Assembly (NCBI GenBank): GCA_029953675.1
Contig: JAMWBK010000005.1
Span: 2,170,001-2,234,000, forward strand
DNA: 64,000 nt
Direction: 5' to 3'
Origin: Rhodosorus marinus CCMP1338
Lineage: Eukaryota > Plantae > Rhodophyta
Shown piece by piece: positions 24,914 through 49,858 of this stretch. Within the stretch, counting starts at the first letter, position 1, and the number at the start of each line of letters is the position of its first letter. The position numbers and the translations under genes were made by a program. The notes beneath the pieces are model-generated. The model was not told the DNA's origin. It did not search any database and saw only the letters and a list, made by a program, of their open reading frames with translations.

Positions 24914-25683
24914 TCTAGTTTCCTCCTCTTCATTAGTACCGAGGCTGCTACTTAGTCATCAACCCAAGCCCTCATGGAGAACACTCGTCCATAAGGGAGA
25001 ACCTGGCCTGTCGGGATGAACGTCCAAGTAGGGGATTCCCAGCCCCCTTTACCTTTACGTTCAGAGTACGACCATTGAGTGGTTGGCAGTCGCAACAAGA
25101 CATTGGCTTGGGGGATGATTTTCGGCCAGTCTGCAGGAGAGCATTAGCTTCAGGGAGGAATTGGCCTATCTGTTAAAGAAATAGTGGCTTCGAGGAACCC
25201 TAATTGCGCCTGGAATTTGTAGCATTTGATTTGAGAACTGAAAAGTATGACACCCACAGCCATTTTTGTTCAGAAACCACTGGCTGAGAGGTCCATTTCA
25301 GCCAGTTTTCATCACACTGCTGGCGTGGTACTGCGCGCTTGGCGATCCATGCTCCTTACCTAGCCTTGATTAATTTGCTTTGCTCTTTGCTCTTTGGCGC
25401 TGCGTTCTATACTGTTGGTCGAGCACAAGTGCGCTTGGGTTTCGCGCCACTTTAGAAAGGTTCGTTAGCTCATTGCTTGGAACACTGGAACCTACGGCGG
25501 TCTCGCCCCTCTTTGTAATCAGAACACATGCGCTTGGAGCACTTTTTGGGCCCGTCCACATTTGGCCCGCAATGTCACATGATCGGAACACCATGGGGTC
25601 GCTGGACCATATAAATGTTTACGGGGGGTTTGTTGCGTCGGGTGAGAGGGGAGAAACTTTGGTTATATTGTTGTAGACGGATC

Positions 25684-26249
25684 ATGGAAATGAAAATGCT
25701 GAGCAGGATTCTGAGACCTTTACGGTCGTCTGGATATGTCTTTGCTCGATCTCTTCTTATAGATTATGGATCGAGTAGGAGTAGCGGCTTGGGACGCGGT
25801 TTGAGTAGTTTGTGTGGAGGCTCTGGACTGCACTCCGACCGATCGATTTTGGGCAGCTATGGTATTGCTGGGATCTACTCCAAATTGAATCGGACGGGGA
25901 TCCAATTCAGGGAGTACAACCAATCGAAGAAGGTTCGTGGGGTGTCGGCAGCAATTCGTATGCGGTTTAAGATTACTCCCACGGGAAAGATTTTGCGGAA
26001 GAAGGTAAGCTTGGTTGTCAAAGAACTTTTTTTTCCCAAAGTTGAAGTTGTTATACCTGATTACCACAAATGGAGGACTCGTCATAGGCTGGCCTGGTGC
26101 GGAAGCTAATGAAGAAGAGCGGAAGGAGGAAACGCCACATGCGCGGTTGGCACGAGGTCCACAAGAGTGATCTAAGAAAGGTTAAAAAGATGTTTAGACT
26201 TCGAGGCAAGGGCCCATGGAAAAGAGTCAGGCGATCGTGCGCGCTGTAG
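25684..26249 (+). CDS. Organellar (probably mitochondrial) ribosomal protein bL35, 2 exons
   Basis: Arg/Ser/Leu-rich presequence, then AAIRMRFKITPTGKILRKK | AGLVRKLMKKSGRRKRHMRG...KSDLRKVKKM, which is the bL35 pattern. One GT-AG intron. Confidence 0.75.
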
Positions 26250-26999
26250 ACTTTTTTTTTTTTCCGTAGGAGCTTATGCGCCGAACTCCACCAGTACCTG
26301 ATGTGGTCCGTTTGAGCACGTTTGAGCTCCGTCGAACACAGGCTCCGAATGGCCCTAGGGAGCTGAGGTCGAGGCGTGCTAGTGCTCTGGAGAGCAGACG
26401 GAAGCTGCGTGCGTCGTTAATCGCAGGCGGAGACTCAATCGGAGAACGAGGGCGAGGGCAGGATGAGCCTGTTTCGACTTATACACGATTTCACGGTTTG
26501 CGGATGATTAAGCTGCTATATTTAAACCTCTAGTTATCCAGTATGATGAGTTGCGACTTTACGTCGGCGGGGGCGCAGCTACGAGTAAGGTCGCTGAACG
26601 CCAGCTCAGGAAACGGCTTTAACGAAAGGTTATGCGAATGCGCCTGCCCCATCTTCACGTGCGCCTCTTCCAGCTAGCAACTTATTAGAACTCGACTCTG
26701 TCAGCTCTCGAGACCGATCTGACAGCTTGCTACGCACGTCCCCGTAAATCTGCTTTACGTGCGTTCCTAATCAGTGATTCAGAACTCTGGTGACCCCCCC
26801 CCCACCAATCCGGTCGAGGCTCTCATACAAGTCAAAAGTCTCCACACGGGCAGTTTTCACTAATCTAGGGTTCAACGGCTTTTTTGAGCTTTGTTTTTCT
26901 AAATATAGACATTACGATCTAAGTTAGAGATGAGCTGGGGCGGTCAGAACAAAACTAAACAATACGAAAATCACGAAATCAAAAGGGTCGTCGCCCAAA

Positions 27000-27044
27000 C
27001 CCACAATAGGAATTAATATATGATCGTTCGATTGACTATAAATA
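27000..27044 (+). promoter_or_regulatory. Candidate snRNA promoter elements (CCCACA USE-like core and TATAAATA)
   Basis: CCCACA at 27000-27005 and TATAAATA at 27037-27044, upstream of U1. Their spacing resembles plant USE/TATA spacing, but the TATA is further from the start than expected. Confidence 0.3.
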
Positions 27045-27085
27045 GGGGTTTGGAAAATCGGACACTTCCTCTCATCCTAGAAGGC

Positions 27086-27276
27086 ATACTTACCTGGCCG
27101 GGCTGATCGCTCCTCACGTAAGAGCATCTGCTTGGATGAGAGTGAGCATAGCACGTCACTTTGTCTTTTCGGACAACTGTGGCAGTCTCGCTTGACTCCT
27201 ACGAAGTCACCTCTGTGTGACTGTCGACGGCTTAATTTCTGACCATGGGGAGATTCGCGTTCGCGCGACCTCCCCT
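27086..27276 (+). ncRNA. U1: U1 spliceosomal snRNA (about 191 nt, lengthened)
   Basis: 5' ATACTTACCTGG; helix H GCCG/CGGC; SL1 GCTC-CTCACGTAA-GAGC; SL2 loop containing ATAGCAC; Sm site AATTTCTG; terminal SL4 GGGGAG...CGCGTTCGCG...CTCCCC. Confidence 0.93.
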
Positions 27277-27438
27277 AACTCCCCCTGCGGATTGAAAGAA
27301 ATTTCTTTGTGTCTACTGATTATTCGGCTGCTGACATAGCTGCTGCGGAAGGACTGCGCCTACGAAAGTAGAAAACCCTAAGAACCAATCGTGTTTCGCC
27401 CTTGCTTGATGCACAGAGGAAAGGAGATAGCACGGATG

Positions 27439-27472
27439 CTCAAGGAGCGAATCCTCAAGGAGCGAGTCCTCA
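27439..27472. repeat. 15-bp tandem repeat (ctcaaggagcgartc x2 plus a partial copy)
   Basis: Read directly from the sequence. Confidence 0.7.
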
Positions 27473-29381
27473 TCGCGGTGACCTCTGTTGTGCCGATCAG
27501 TCTCAGTGCCGATAGTTTAGGAACCACGGGGGAATTGCGGGGGAAGTCTATCTGTTAAGCTTGGCGTTGCAGAACGTCTTAAGTATTCAAAGAGCTAGCA
27601 AAGACCATTGAGCCATGACCCCCCCCACCCCGGGGGTCACTACCGGAGACTACGTAGATACAAATTGGCAAACAGCATCGGAGAAGGATCTGTACTACAC
27701 GTTCGCGCTCTGGGCAACGGTAATTAAGAACTCGAGAGCCAAGCGAAGCGAAGTTTAGCTGTACGTTTCAGGTGCCGACTTTGACAAGCTGCGTATGAGG
27801 GGTGATTTTCAACGGATTAGGCAATGCAATGTATGCGGTTAGTCCAATCCGGAACCGCGCTCAGGACACCAATTCTCAAGTGTGTGTTGACATAGTCGGA
27901 TTCTGCCAAACACTGCCCAGAGTTCAGATGCAGACCTGAATCCTGGTGGATTGCCTACCCCATGCTCTGCTCAGAAAGGAGGCTAGACTAGAAATCTACT
28001 GGGAAACAGCTGACTAGTTCAGGCAATGCAGGCCCATGCTGATGTGAAGCAGTAGAGGGCCGCTACGTAAACACAGCTGAAAATCCTATGATTTTTCATT
28101 CTGTCTAGAGTTCAGTTGAGATGACCTAGAGAAGGCTAACCTTTCATTCGAGACATGTACTTTCTCACTGCCCCTACCGTTGAATACCCATACAGCTCTG
28201 ACCTCCTCCCCACCTCCCCCCCCGCCCCCGGAAGGACGCTGAACGGGGGGTGGGTGCGGGTTTTTCTTTAAACCTGGCAATGTCCTCCGTAACGGTAGCT
28301 CAGCATTGCATTCTAACAAAAAAAACAGCCGATAGTGCATAATCATCAAAGAAGCCCTCGTCCCATTCGCAACACATATCAGGACATGTCCTTGAGTCCG
28401 GCAGCTCATAAACCAGACAAGGGCTTTTTACACTTTCCCTCACTTGCGAGATTTGTTTTGAAAATAGTATGATGTGATGTGTATCGGAAGACGATAAAAC
28501 CGTCAGAAGACACGTTTTTGCATTTTTTGGGTGTGGTAAGATTGAAGCGAAAAACAAAGTCTGAACAGAACAGCCTCAGCTTACCTGATTGATTTGGCTG
28601 CTGCTGATCATCGTTGCATGGATAGTCAGGAAGAACCTCAGCCATGGCAACAAGGAGTTGCTCTTACACGGACGTCATTCGTCTTGCTCATCTGTTGAGC
28701 CTTTCGACAGGGTGTGCGGGATCTCTTGCCTGACGAAGGCTCCCAATTTTCCTGGCTAGATCATGGACTCAAGAGGGCTATGTTTGTTGCCAATTCACTC
28801 GGTGCATAATGATGGGAGAGACCAACTTGGGAGCAATAGGAATCTGATAGACTTAGGTCCGGACTCAGTACACGCCTACTTAATCTAAAACACGATTGAG
28901 GAAAAATGTGGCGCTCTACGCGACTCTCTAGTTTTTATGGAAACGAGTTATTTCAAAGCGGAAAATCTACCTGCGCTAACGACGAGCAAGTGGTTAGTCC
29001 AGGTCTTCAGCACTGATTGGTACCACAGTGACATCAAGGGTCCAAGTCCGCAGATTTCTCTGCCCGCGAAGACTGTTTTTTTTTTTGTGAGGATGGGGAA
29101 ATACAGTCCTAATGCTTTTGGTCAAGAGAGCCACATGCTTTGCTTGTCATTGTTCTTAGTAAACATTTGTAGTCTCGTCTTCAAGTTCAGCCTGGAAACG
29201 GTGAAATCGACAAATCTGATTGGGAATTGCACCAAGATTTGATTCAGTGATGGTTGTCGAAACCCGGAAAAAGGAGGTTTAACACCAGCTTCCCGCACCT
29301 CCACCCCCCCCACCTCGCGTGCACATCGTGGGCCCACATCACTAAACGTTGTGATTACTTCTCCGTTGGCCAACACGTTGG

Positions 29382-29552
29382 CCATCTTTGCAATTTTCAC
29401 AATCTTCGCAATCAGCCCAATCTTCGCAATCTTTGCAATTTTCACAATCTTCGCAATCAGCCCAATCTTCGCAATCTTTTCAATCTTCACAATCTTCGCA
29501 ATCTTTTCAATCTTCACAATCTTCGCAATCTTCGCAATCTTCGAAAATGGCT
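29382..29552. repeat. 9-bp minisatellite (consensus CAATCTTCG), about 18-19 units with higher-order 45-bp and 27-bp blocks
   Basis: Units parsed by hand: ccatctttg, caattttca, caatcttcg, caatcagcc, caatcttcg, caatctttg, caattttca, caatcttcg, caatcagcc, caatcttcg, caatctttt, caatcttca, caatcttcg, caatctttt, caatcttca, caatcttcg x3, aaaatggct. Confidence 0.95.
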
Positions 29553-32500
29553 CATTGGCAATTCGCACCAAAGGGAATGTCCTTAAAAAAAACAAAAAAA
29601 TCCTGGAAATCTTCTCGAAATCCAAGCCCCTCACCGCGAAGAATTTTCACATTTGTATTTGAAAAAACAAGGCTCTTTGATATTCTTATTAAATTATTCA
29701 ATAAAAAATAGTTAGGATTATTTCATAAAAAAATAATTCCGCATCATGCCCTCCCCATCGAAGACGTTCAGCTACGACCCCCTTAGCTTCTGACTACCGC
29801 GAAACGATGATATTCAGCCTCTTGCAATCTAGAAATTTTAGGGAGGCTGAGAGAACCCCGACGTTTTTCTATCCCTGCTGATTTCTTTAGATAGACGCTT
29901 TTTGACCAATGATCGTTAACTTCACGTCTTGATGATCATTAATATTTTTGCACTATGTCTTAGGAGAAACTTATTGGATAATCATGTGGCTGGAAGTGGA
30001 ATGATTGGAGGATTGTTTTTCTAGATTTTCGAGGGTGCCGGCCGAAGTGAAAAAACTCCATTTATTCAGGAGCGGGGGGGTTACGTTAAGGGGGGCGGTG
30101 CGTAGTCAGAATGGGCGGGGACGAGTATCTAGAAATATTTTTCCGTTCGGTAGTTGGTATCTGGCTAGCCCAGAGGTTGATGCGTTTTTTCTCTTCTTTT
30201 TCGGGCTGTAAATTGGTTGTCTTGGGAGGGCGGCGATACTGGGCTTGAATGAAACCCTTTTCCCGCAGTCTCGAACAGGGTGTTGATTATTAGTTACTAT
30301 TTTGCGCAGGTATTTGAAGATTGCTTATTTTTTGGCTTCTGATTTTTGACCAACATCTGGTCAGTCCACCTGCACGGGGTGAGTGTGGCGACTTGATCGA
30401 TGGGTGATGATGCCGCTGAGCTCCCTCTTTCTCCCTCTCCCTTTCCCCCTGAAAGTGTCGGTGATCCTCACGCAAATTTGTATTGGACGCCTGCGTGATG
30501 ATCCTTGAAAATCACAATCAGAAAGACTGTGACGCTAATGAAAGCAATAGAGCGGGGGTGGGCAAAAGGTTACCTCCTCGAATGATCTTGGGAACAGAAT
30601 CATGAGACTCAAGCGAATCAGAATTTGGGCCCTTTTGTATTTGCGCAGTCCTGGCATCAGCGTCAGCTGTCGGATTTCTCCTTGGTCAATGTACATATCC
30701 ATGCGTCCGCCTTGCAAGGCGGCTCACCGGCTCCCCGGCTCACCGCTTTGGAGGGTACAGTAGATGGTGTTTCTCTGGGCTACGGCTCCATGGGTGCTGA
30801 CTGTCTTGGTCTATGATACGCATTGGTATTGGTTGTTTTGCTGATACAAGAAGACAAGAAGCGATATGTCCACGTCTCTCAACTCAGTGAGGAGTAGTTA
30901 CTAAACTAAGCTCGCCCCTGCTGCTATCTTTTCTTCGGGATTTCTATTTTCTGCACCTTCATAGCCGATGCCGAACGAAACCACACCAAATTTAGCGAAT
31001 ATACGAACGCATCAACCCTCGTGCAGATTAAGACCGTCCTCCGTTAGGTTGAAACAAGGAGCACATACGAAGGCCCTTGCAAGGGTGCGTGTCGGGTTTT
31101 CCATATATTCAGATTCAAGAGTTCCTACGCACATGTTCCAAGCAAGATATTCGAGAATCTTTGTAATCGATCATTGTAGCATAAAGGGACTATGAACTCG
31201 ATTGTCAACCGATGCTCTCGATGTTGACCTGTGCAGCTGATGTACTCTCAAAATAGGTTTTTACCTCCATACGCATGTGGCTGAGTCTTGTTTTCTCCGT
31301 TTTCTGCTTTCATCTCCTCTTGTTTCTATCTGCAAACCGTTGAGGGAGTTGCGAAGAGCGGCCCACATCTCACTCCGCCCGTGAACGGAGCATGTTTTAT
31401 TGTTCTATTCCTATTATTTTCAGCAACGACCTGCATAGTCAATCAACCAGTTTGAACCGTGAATAGTAGCGGTACATATACGAATTCTGTTCATCATCAT
31501 CCAAACCCTTTGCTGGGGACAAACAGATTGTTGAGGGATGTCATTCATGAATTCTATTACTGGTGCCCCAAACACGGATGTCTAAAACAGGAGAACATTA
31601 GCAGACTCCCCGAATACTTTCCCCCTACTCCATAATGTTTTTTTTTCGGACGCTTTGCGCAGTAAATTCCTAGTCCTAGAGACAAAAGTCCCTCCGCTCA
31701 ATCTGCTCCAACGCTCTACGTACAAATCTGCGCCTGTCCATTTCACTCGAGACTAGGTTGTTATTCTGGTCGCTGCTGAAAATGATAATAATAGAATATC
31801 AATTCAGTCGGCGAATTGCTGCTGTCGAGGAAACCCTTTCTGAATTTTCTATTGAATTTGGCTTCCACGAAACATGGCTAGTACAACTTTGTGAGTGGGT
31901 TATGCAGTGGATGCACTTACGTACATAGAAAAGACTGGCATTCCCCACCCCCCACCCCCGAGTATTGTTAAACGCAGGCGGCCTTGCGATTGAATTCTTG
32001 GTCGGCAGCTTGGAAACAAACTTCTCAAGAAACATGGAAAACGTATCCGCAATATAGCTTCATCTGAATTCCGCCGAGCAGACAGCACCCCCCTCGAATT
32101 CTGAGAAAACAACCCCTCCTTTGTACTTTCCACTCTTCTGCATAGTATTTTCTCGTAGAAATGGAGGGGGTCGGGGGGGAAGCTGTGGAAGGGCAAGGTT
32201 GGAACAAGGAACCAAAATAAGAAAACGACCAGCAATATTTAGAAACAGTTCTACCTCCAACGGCGAGAACTAATAAATTCCTTTGTACCCGAGGTGCATA
32301 TCTCTATTTTGGGCTGGTTTAGATTCTCCGTTGCCTGTACCTAGTACCTTTTTCTTAAGAAGGTTGGAAGACATCAGGCCCTCATAAATTTATAGAAAAA
32401 CATTTAATGTCTCTTTTTAGTTTGAAAATCGTCTTGGTCCATGGTTTTGCCCATGTGGCCAGTAAATTAGCAGCTGTCTGCAACGTGGAGGAAAGCACTC

Positions 32501-34553
32501 ACGTTCAGAGGGCACCGCCCGCGGCCTGGGGGGGGGGGTAGGTCGACGCCACGGCGTCTTCAGTTTAGAGGGGGTGAGTGAATACTGAAAACTTATCGTG
32601 TCCACAACTCTACCCATAATTATTCGTTTCTTTAAATAAAATGCGTCATTTTCTCGACATGGGTATCAAGCGACAAAGCTAAGGAGGGGTGTCAACCATA
32701 CAAATTCGTTTGCAACTCATTCTTCTTCAATATCATGGAAGAAATTTATCGATGAAAGTTAATTCGGAACTTACTTCTCCAATTATCGCTATTGGGTTCA
32801 ATTAAGTAATATATATATTTGTGGAGACTATTCGAAGTCATTACAGAAGGATACACGTGAGCGACCCCACCCTCTTCGTTTTACATTTTTTCGGTAGAGA
32901 CCATTTCATTGCTCAAGAGTGCCGACGGGCTCAATTCCACAACATGAGAACGGCTCAGAAATTATTTGCTTTTTCTTAGATTTACCACCTTCGAGAAAAA
33001 ACCGTGAAAGGGAAAAGCCCCTTGTTTTATTCGCAAGCAAGGATCTCCCACACTCTGACCGAATAATTCAGGAGGGACGGTTACGCCCAGGAGGGAGTGG
33101 GGGGTTGGGCTGGGTTGGAAAATTGATGACAAACTTGAAAAGTGAATGTTTATTTCTTACTCATTTACGTGAAAAACGATAAAGATTCATCAACAATGAG
33201 AAAGAACTTTATGTATAAAACAATCATGTGAAGCCTTAGAACAATTCCCGAACGGTTAAGAATTTACCATTATTGAAAACTTTACCATGACTTGAGAATA
33301 CACGTAAAGGACAACACCCTAACTGCATTCTCTTCCCACACATATACGTCGCCTCCCCCACTCTCCCTCCCCGTTTCCAGTGAGTTTTATTCGCCTGGAT
33401 ATAGTTTTCTGCGGGATCCATAATCTACACGGCTCGAAGCTTTTTATAACCTCCTTTCTGGCCCTGTAGTTAAGGATTGAGTAACTTGTATGTATGGCCG
33501 GGCCGTCCAGTGTAACATTCGCTGACCAGTTCCTTATAAATTGAATTTTGCAGAAGAAAAAATCCATTCAATTTTTGTGGGTGGACATGGACCATATTTG
33601 TTCTTAACTACAATTCCCCCCAGCACCCTCTTCTAAAACATCCAAAAACTTACTTCCTTTCCAATCCACTAAAAACGCTAATATAGGGGTGCTGTTTCCA
33701 AACTTGTAGGAACCATCATCCATGATCAACATTGGAATGGATAAAATACAAAAAACACTGTACTAACCTGCTGTGGCCCCGGAAGGGCAAAAAAAGAAAA
33801 AACAGAGGGATGTTCCGACGCCCTTTCACCGAAGAAGAAAATAGGTCTAAGAATACACCACCCTATTTCTTTCTTTTTTTTGGTAGAACGACCTGCTCAG
33901 CACTGTTTAACTAGAAACAAAAAAAAAAATTTAGGCCGTGGGGGGGGGTGCGCTGAAATTTGTATTGGTTTTTGCTTTGTGGGTTCTTTTTTTTCTTTTG
34001 GAATTTGGATTTTTTGGAACATTCCAGGACGGGAACCAATTTCTTAAGAATTTGTTTTCAATACATGGTTGATAAATTACAATCACTTTTAGGTATATGT
34101 CTGCAATTTTGTTTGGGTTTTTTTTTCAAAGAAGAAGAAAAACGAGAGCAAGGGCAGGAAAAGAGGAAGGGGAAAGGAAGGGGGGGGGGGGGCCAACGTA
34201 AAAGAAACTTGAGATTCTTTTTTTTTCTGACTCGAGAAGTGTCATAAATATAGGTGTCGGGAGGCTTTCGAGGAAGTTTGGAGGGGAAGGAGAAGTGAGG
34301 AAGGAGGGGGGAGAGAAGAGAGTGAAGCAAGTTGAGGTGTATTGTCGGTGTTTGGAAGGGATAGGTTGTTTTTTTTTGGTTTTGGTTTAGGATTTGAGTT
34401 TTTTGAGGGGTATATTAGGAGGAGAGGAAGAGGAGAAGTTACACGGAGTATGTGGGGAGGAAAGAGGAACCGGATGGTGGTGTGGTTTTGAGGATAGATG
34501 TGTGTGTGTGTGTATAAGTTGTTTTGGAAAGGAGCTTTTTTTTGGGAGTAGTG

Positions 34554-35021
34554 ATGGCGATGGATCTAAGGATGGATATCAAGAATCTGTGCACCTCTCG
34601 GCCGGATAGAGAGGAGGTTTCTCGGAAGGTCGATGTGTTTACGACGACCTTAGTGAAGGTTGGTAGGGTGGAAGAGAGTAGAACCGCCGAACCGTTGAGC
34701 AATGTGACGTCAATCGAGAGCAGTCTTGGCAGCGGTGATGAGGCTAGGAGTCACGAGGCGAGACCTTTCAAGTGTGAAATGTGTGACAGGACGTACTCGA
34801 CGAAAGGAAACTTGGTCGTGCATTTGAGAACGGTGCATTTCGGTGAAAAGCGCTTTCCGTGCGAGCACTGCAAGAGAGGCTTTGCAACCAAGTTTGGAAG
34901 AGATCGTCATATGCACATGGTCCACTTGAACGAAAGGCCTTTCAGGTGCACTTCTTGTGAAAAGACTTTCAAGACTAAGAACTGTGTGAGAAGGCACATG
35001 CGGCTCTCGCACGACTCGTGA
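34554..35021 (+). CDS. C2H2 zinc-finger protein with three HX4H fingers
   Basis: FKCEMCDRTYSTKGNLVVHLRTVH, FPCEHCKRGFATKFGRDRHMHMVH and FRCTSCEKTFKTKNCVRRHMRLSH, with GEKRF / NERPF linkers. ATG at 34554. Confidence 0.93.
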   Translation: MAMDLRMDIKNLCTSRPDREEVSRKVDVFTTTLVKVGRVEESRTAEPLSNVTSIESSLGSGDEARSHEARPFKCEMCDRTYSTKGNLVVHLRTVHFGEKRFPCEHCKRGFATKFGRDRHMHMVHLNERPFRCTSCEKTFKTKNCVRRHMRLSHDS

Positions 35022-36964
35022 TGGGTCTCTTGCAGAGCATTGTCTGCAAGATACTGTGTGGATATCATTTGTGAATTAGCCTGAGGATATTTTAAATTTG
35101 CATGTCTATAGTTGAAGATAGATTTTCTATCTTTTCCATCGGTTTTGCATCTGTCGTGTAGAAGAGCCTGTGATTAGATCCATCGTGGAGAAACGCGTGT
35201 CTATAAACGAGATGATTGATTTGATTTGATACGGAACATGACTTTTTGAGGGTCGCGCTGGCAACGCACTGGAAAATACAGTCATCAGCCCAATGGGAAA
35301 CACAGACCCAGCTTCTCCTGAGACGCCTGAATGGACTGGAGCAAGGACGAGTTGCACGCCGGCCCGAGCATAGGAGATTCGTTTTTTGTGCTGTGAGAAA
35401 AGAGAAGATTCGCGGCCTTCATCCCACGAATCGAGAACCATTTCATTGTAGATAAAAATTCTACAAGGTAGGCTCGCGCGCGTATATAAACTGCCGGCAG
35501 CTCATCTTCAGGGGAGAGGCAGGGCACAGTCCGATGCGCCTGCTGCTACCAAAAAGGAGGAAACCGCACAACACAGTTTGCCAACGTTCAATCAGTCAGC
35601 GTTCTGGAGGTTTCATATTCAAGACAAGCTCACATGCATCCAGTCAGATCAGGAAGCATTATACCGGAAATTATTCCTTTTCGTTTTTCTTTTCTTCCAG
35701 TTTCTAGCTTTTTCCCCCATTCAATCTGCTGACGTCGGCCCAGCAGTATTCACAGTACGTAAATATTCTCAGAAGACATGGAGTGTCTGTTTTTGGGACA
35801 GTGCCCTGCCCCAATCGTCGAACCCAGAAAACTTAGAGACAGGGCGGTAGACCACCCCAGGGCCCCCCCCCCCCCGGAGTAATCAAGACAAAACTACCCT
35901 CGGACAAAAGTTGACTTTGTCCCCATAATAAGAAAAAATAAAGAGCAAAATTTAATTTTAGCATCATGAATTCCCCCTCCTGAACAAAATGCCGAATTCA
36001 CGTAAGGGGGGTGCGCAGTCAGCACAGTGATCATATGAGCATCAGAAGAAACAAAGGCAATTTGGGTATATATATATCCTTACGCCAAAAGTATTCCAAC
36101 CAGTATTTTGAAAAACGGGAAAAAAGAACCATTTCTAAATGCCGCGGGGGGGGGAGGTTTCCGCACTTTGCTGAGGAAAGTGCTTCTCCTTCGTTGTCTG
36201 TCTACGTACATAGCGTAAGTAGGTATTGCTTGAGCAGAAAATGCGTATCTCCGAGTTTCTCGTCCCCTTGGGAGCCGTTTCGAACATCCTCCCCACGGCC
36301 TCCTCCTCCTCCCCCGAAATTCCGACAACGCCCTCTATGGATCCACATGGAGATGTCTGGACGATAATGCTAAATTGCCAACAAACATCCTTTTATCATT
36401 GCTGTGCTACCAATGAAAATGCTTAAGATCGAATTGGGATGCTTAAGATTCTTATCGAGAATTAAAAGCACGTTGCTGATAGCTTATGGCGTCGTGCAGT
36501 GACAATAATGAAGTGGTAGCTGATAATGGTGTATCCAATAAAGTATGAATATCTCACATAGTCGAACATATTATCCAAGCAAGCTTAGAAACACTGGATT
36601 GGAGGAATGTCAAATGAGGGAACTCTAAACCGATGAAGGAGTTGCTCAATGGGGTCAAAAAGCTTGCGGAGGTTTGCGCTCGTGACAAGGTATTCAGAAC
36701 CTTTGATTTCCGCGTCTGCTACTTGTCAAGTTGTACAGGGAGATGATAAAACCTAGAGCTGTAATGCAGCTCGCCCTATCGTCTGTTGACTACTATGTGA
36801 CCGGTCTGACTGGTACAGCGTCAGTGTCCATACCCGGGATACCCTTTCTTTTCAGAATAACCCTCAGTGCTTGATGATCAAATTCATTCAAAGTCTACCG
36901 GGCCAAGACTGCACATGGCTTCCTCAATCAATCCTTTCGTCACCGGCAAAATCATTACAAACGT

Positions 36965-49858
<12,894 letters not shown>

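Noticed and set aside
26582-26594. Minus-strand CGACCTTACTCG resembles the 5' end of plant U3 snoRNA
   Set aside because: No box A, B or C/D sequences follow in U3 order, so it is treated as chance similarity.
27373-27381. AAACCCTAA telo-box-like motif downstream of U1
   Set aside because: A single copy, within chance expectation, and not part of a telomeric array.
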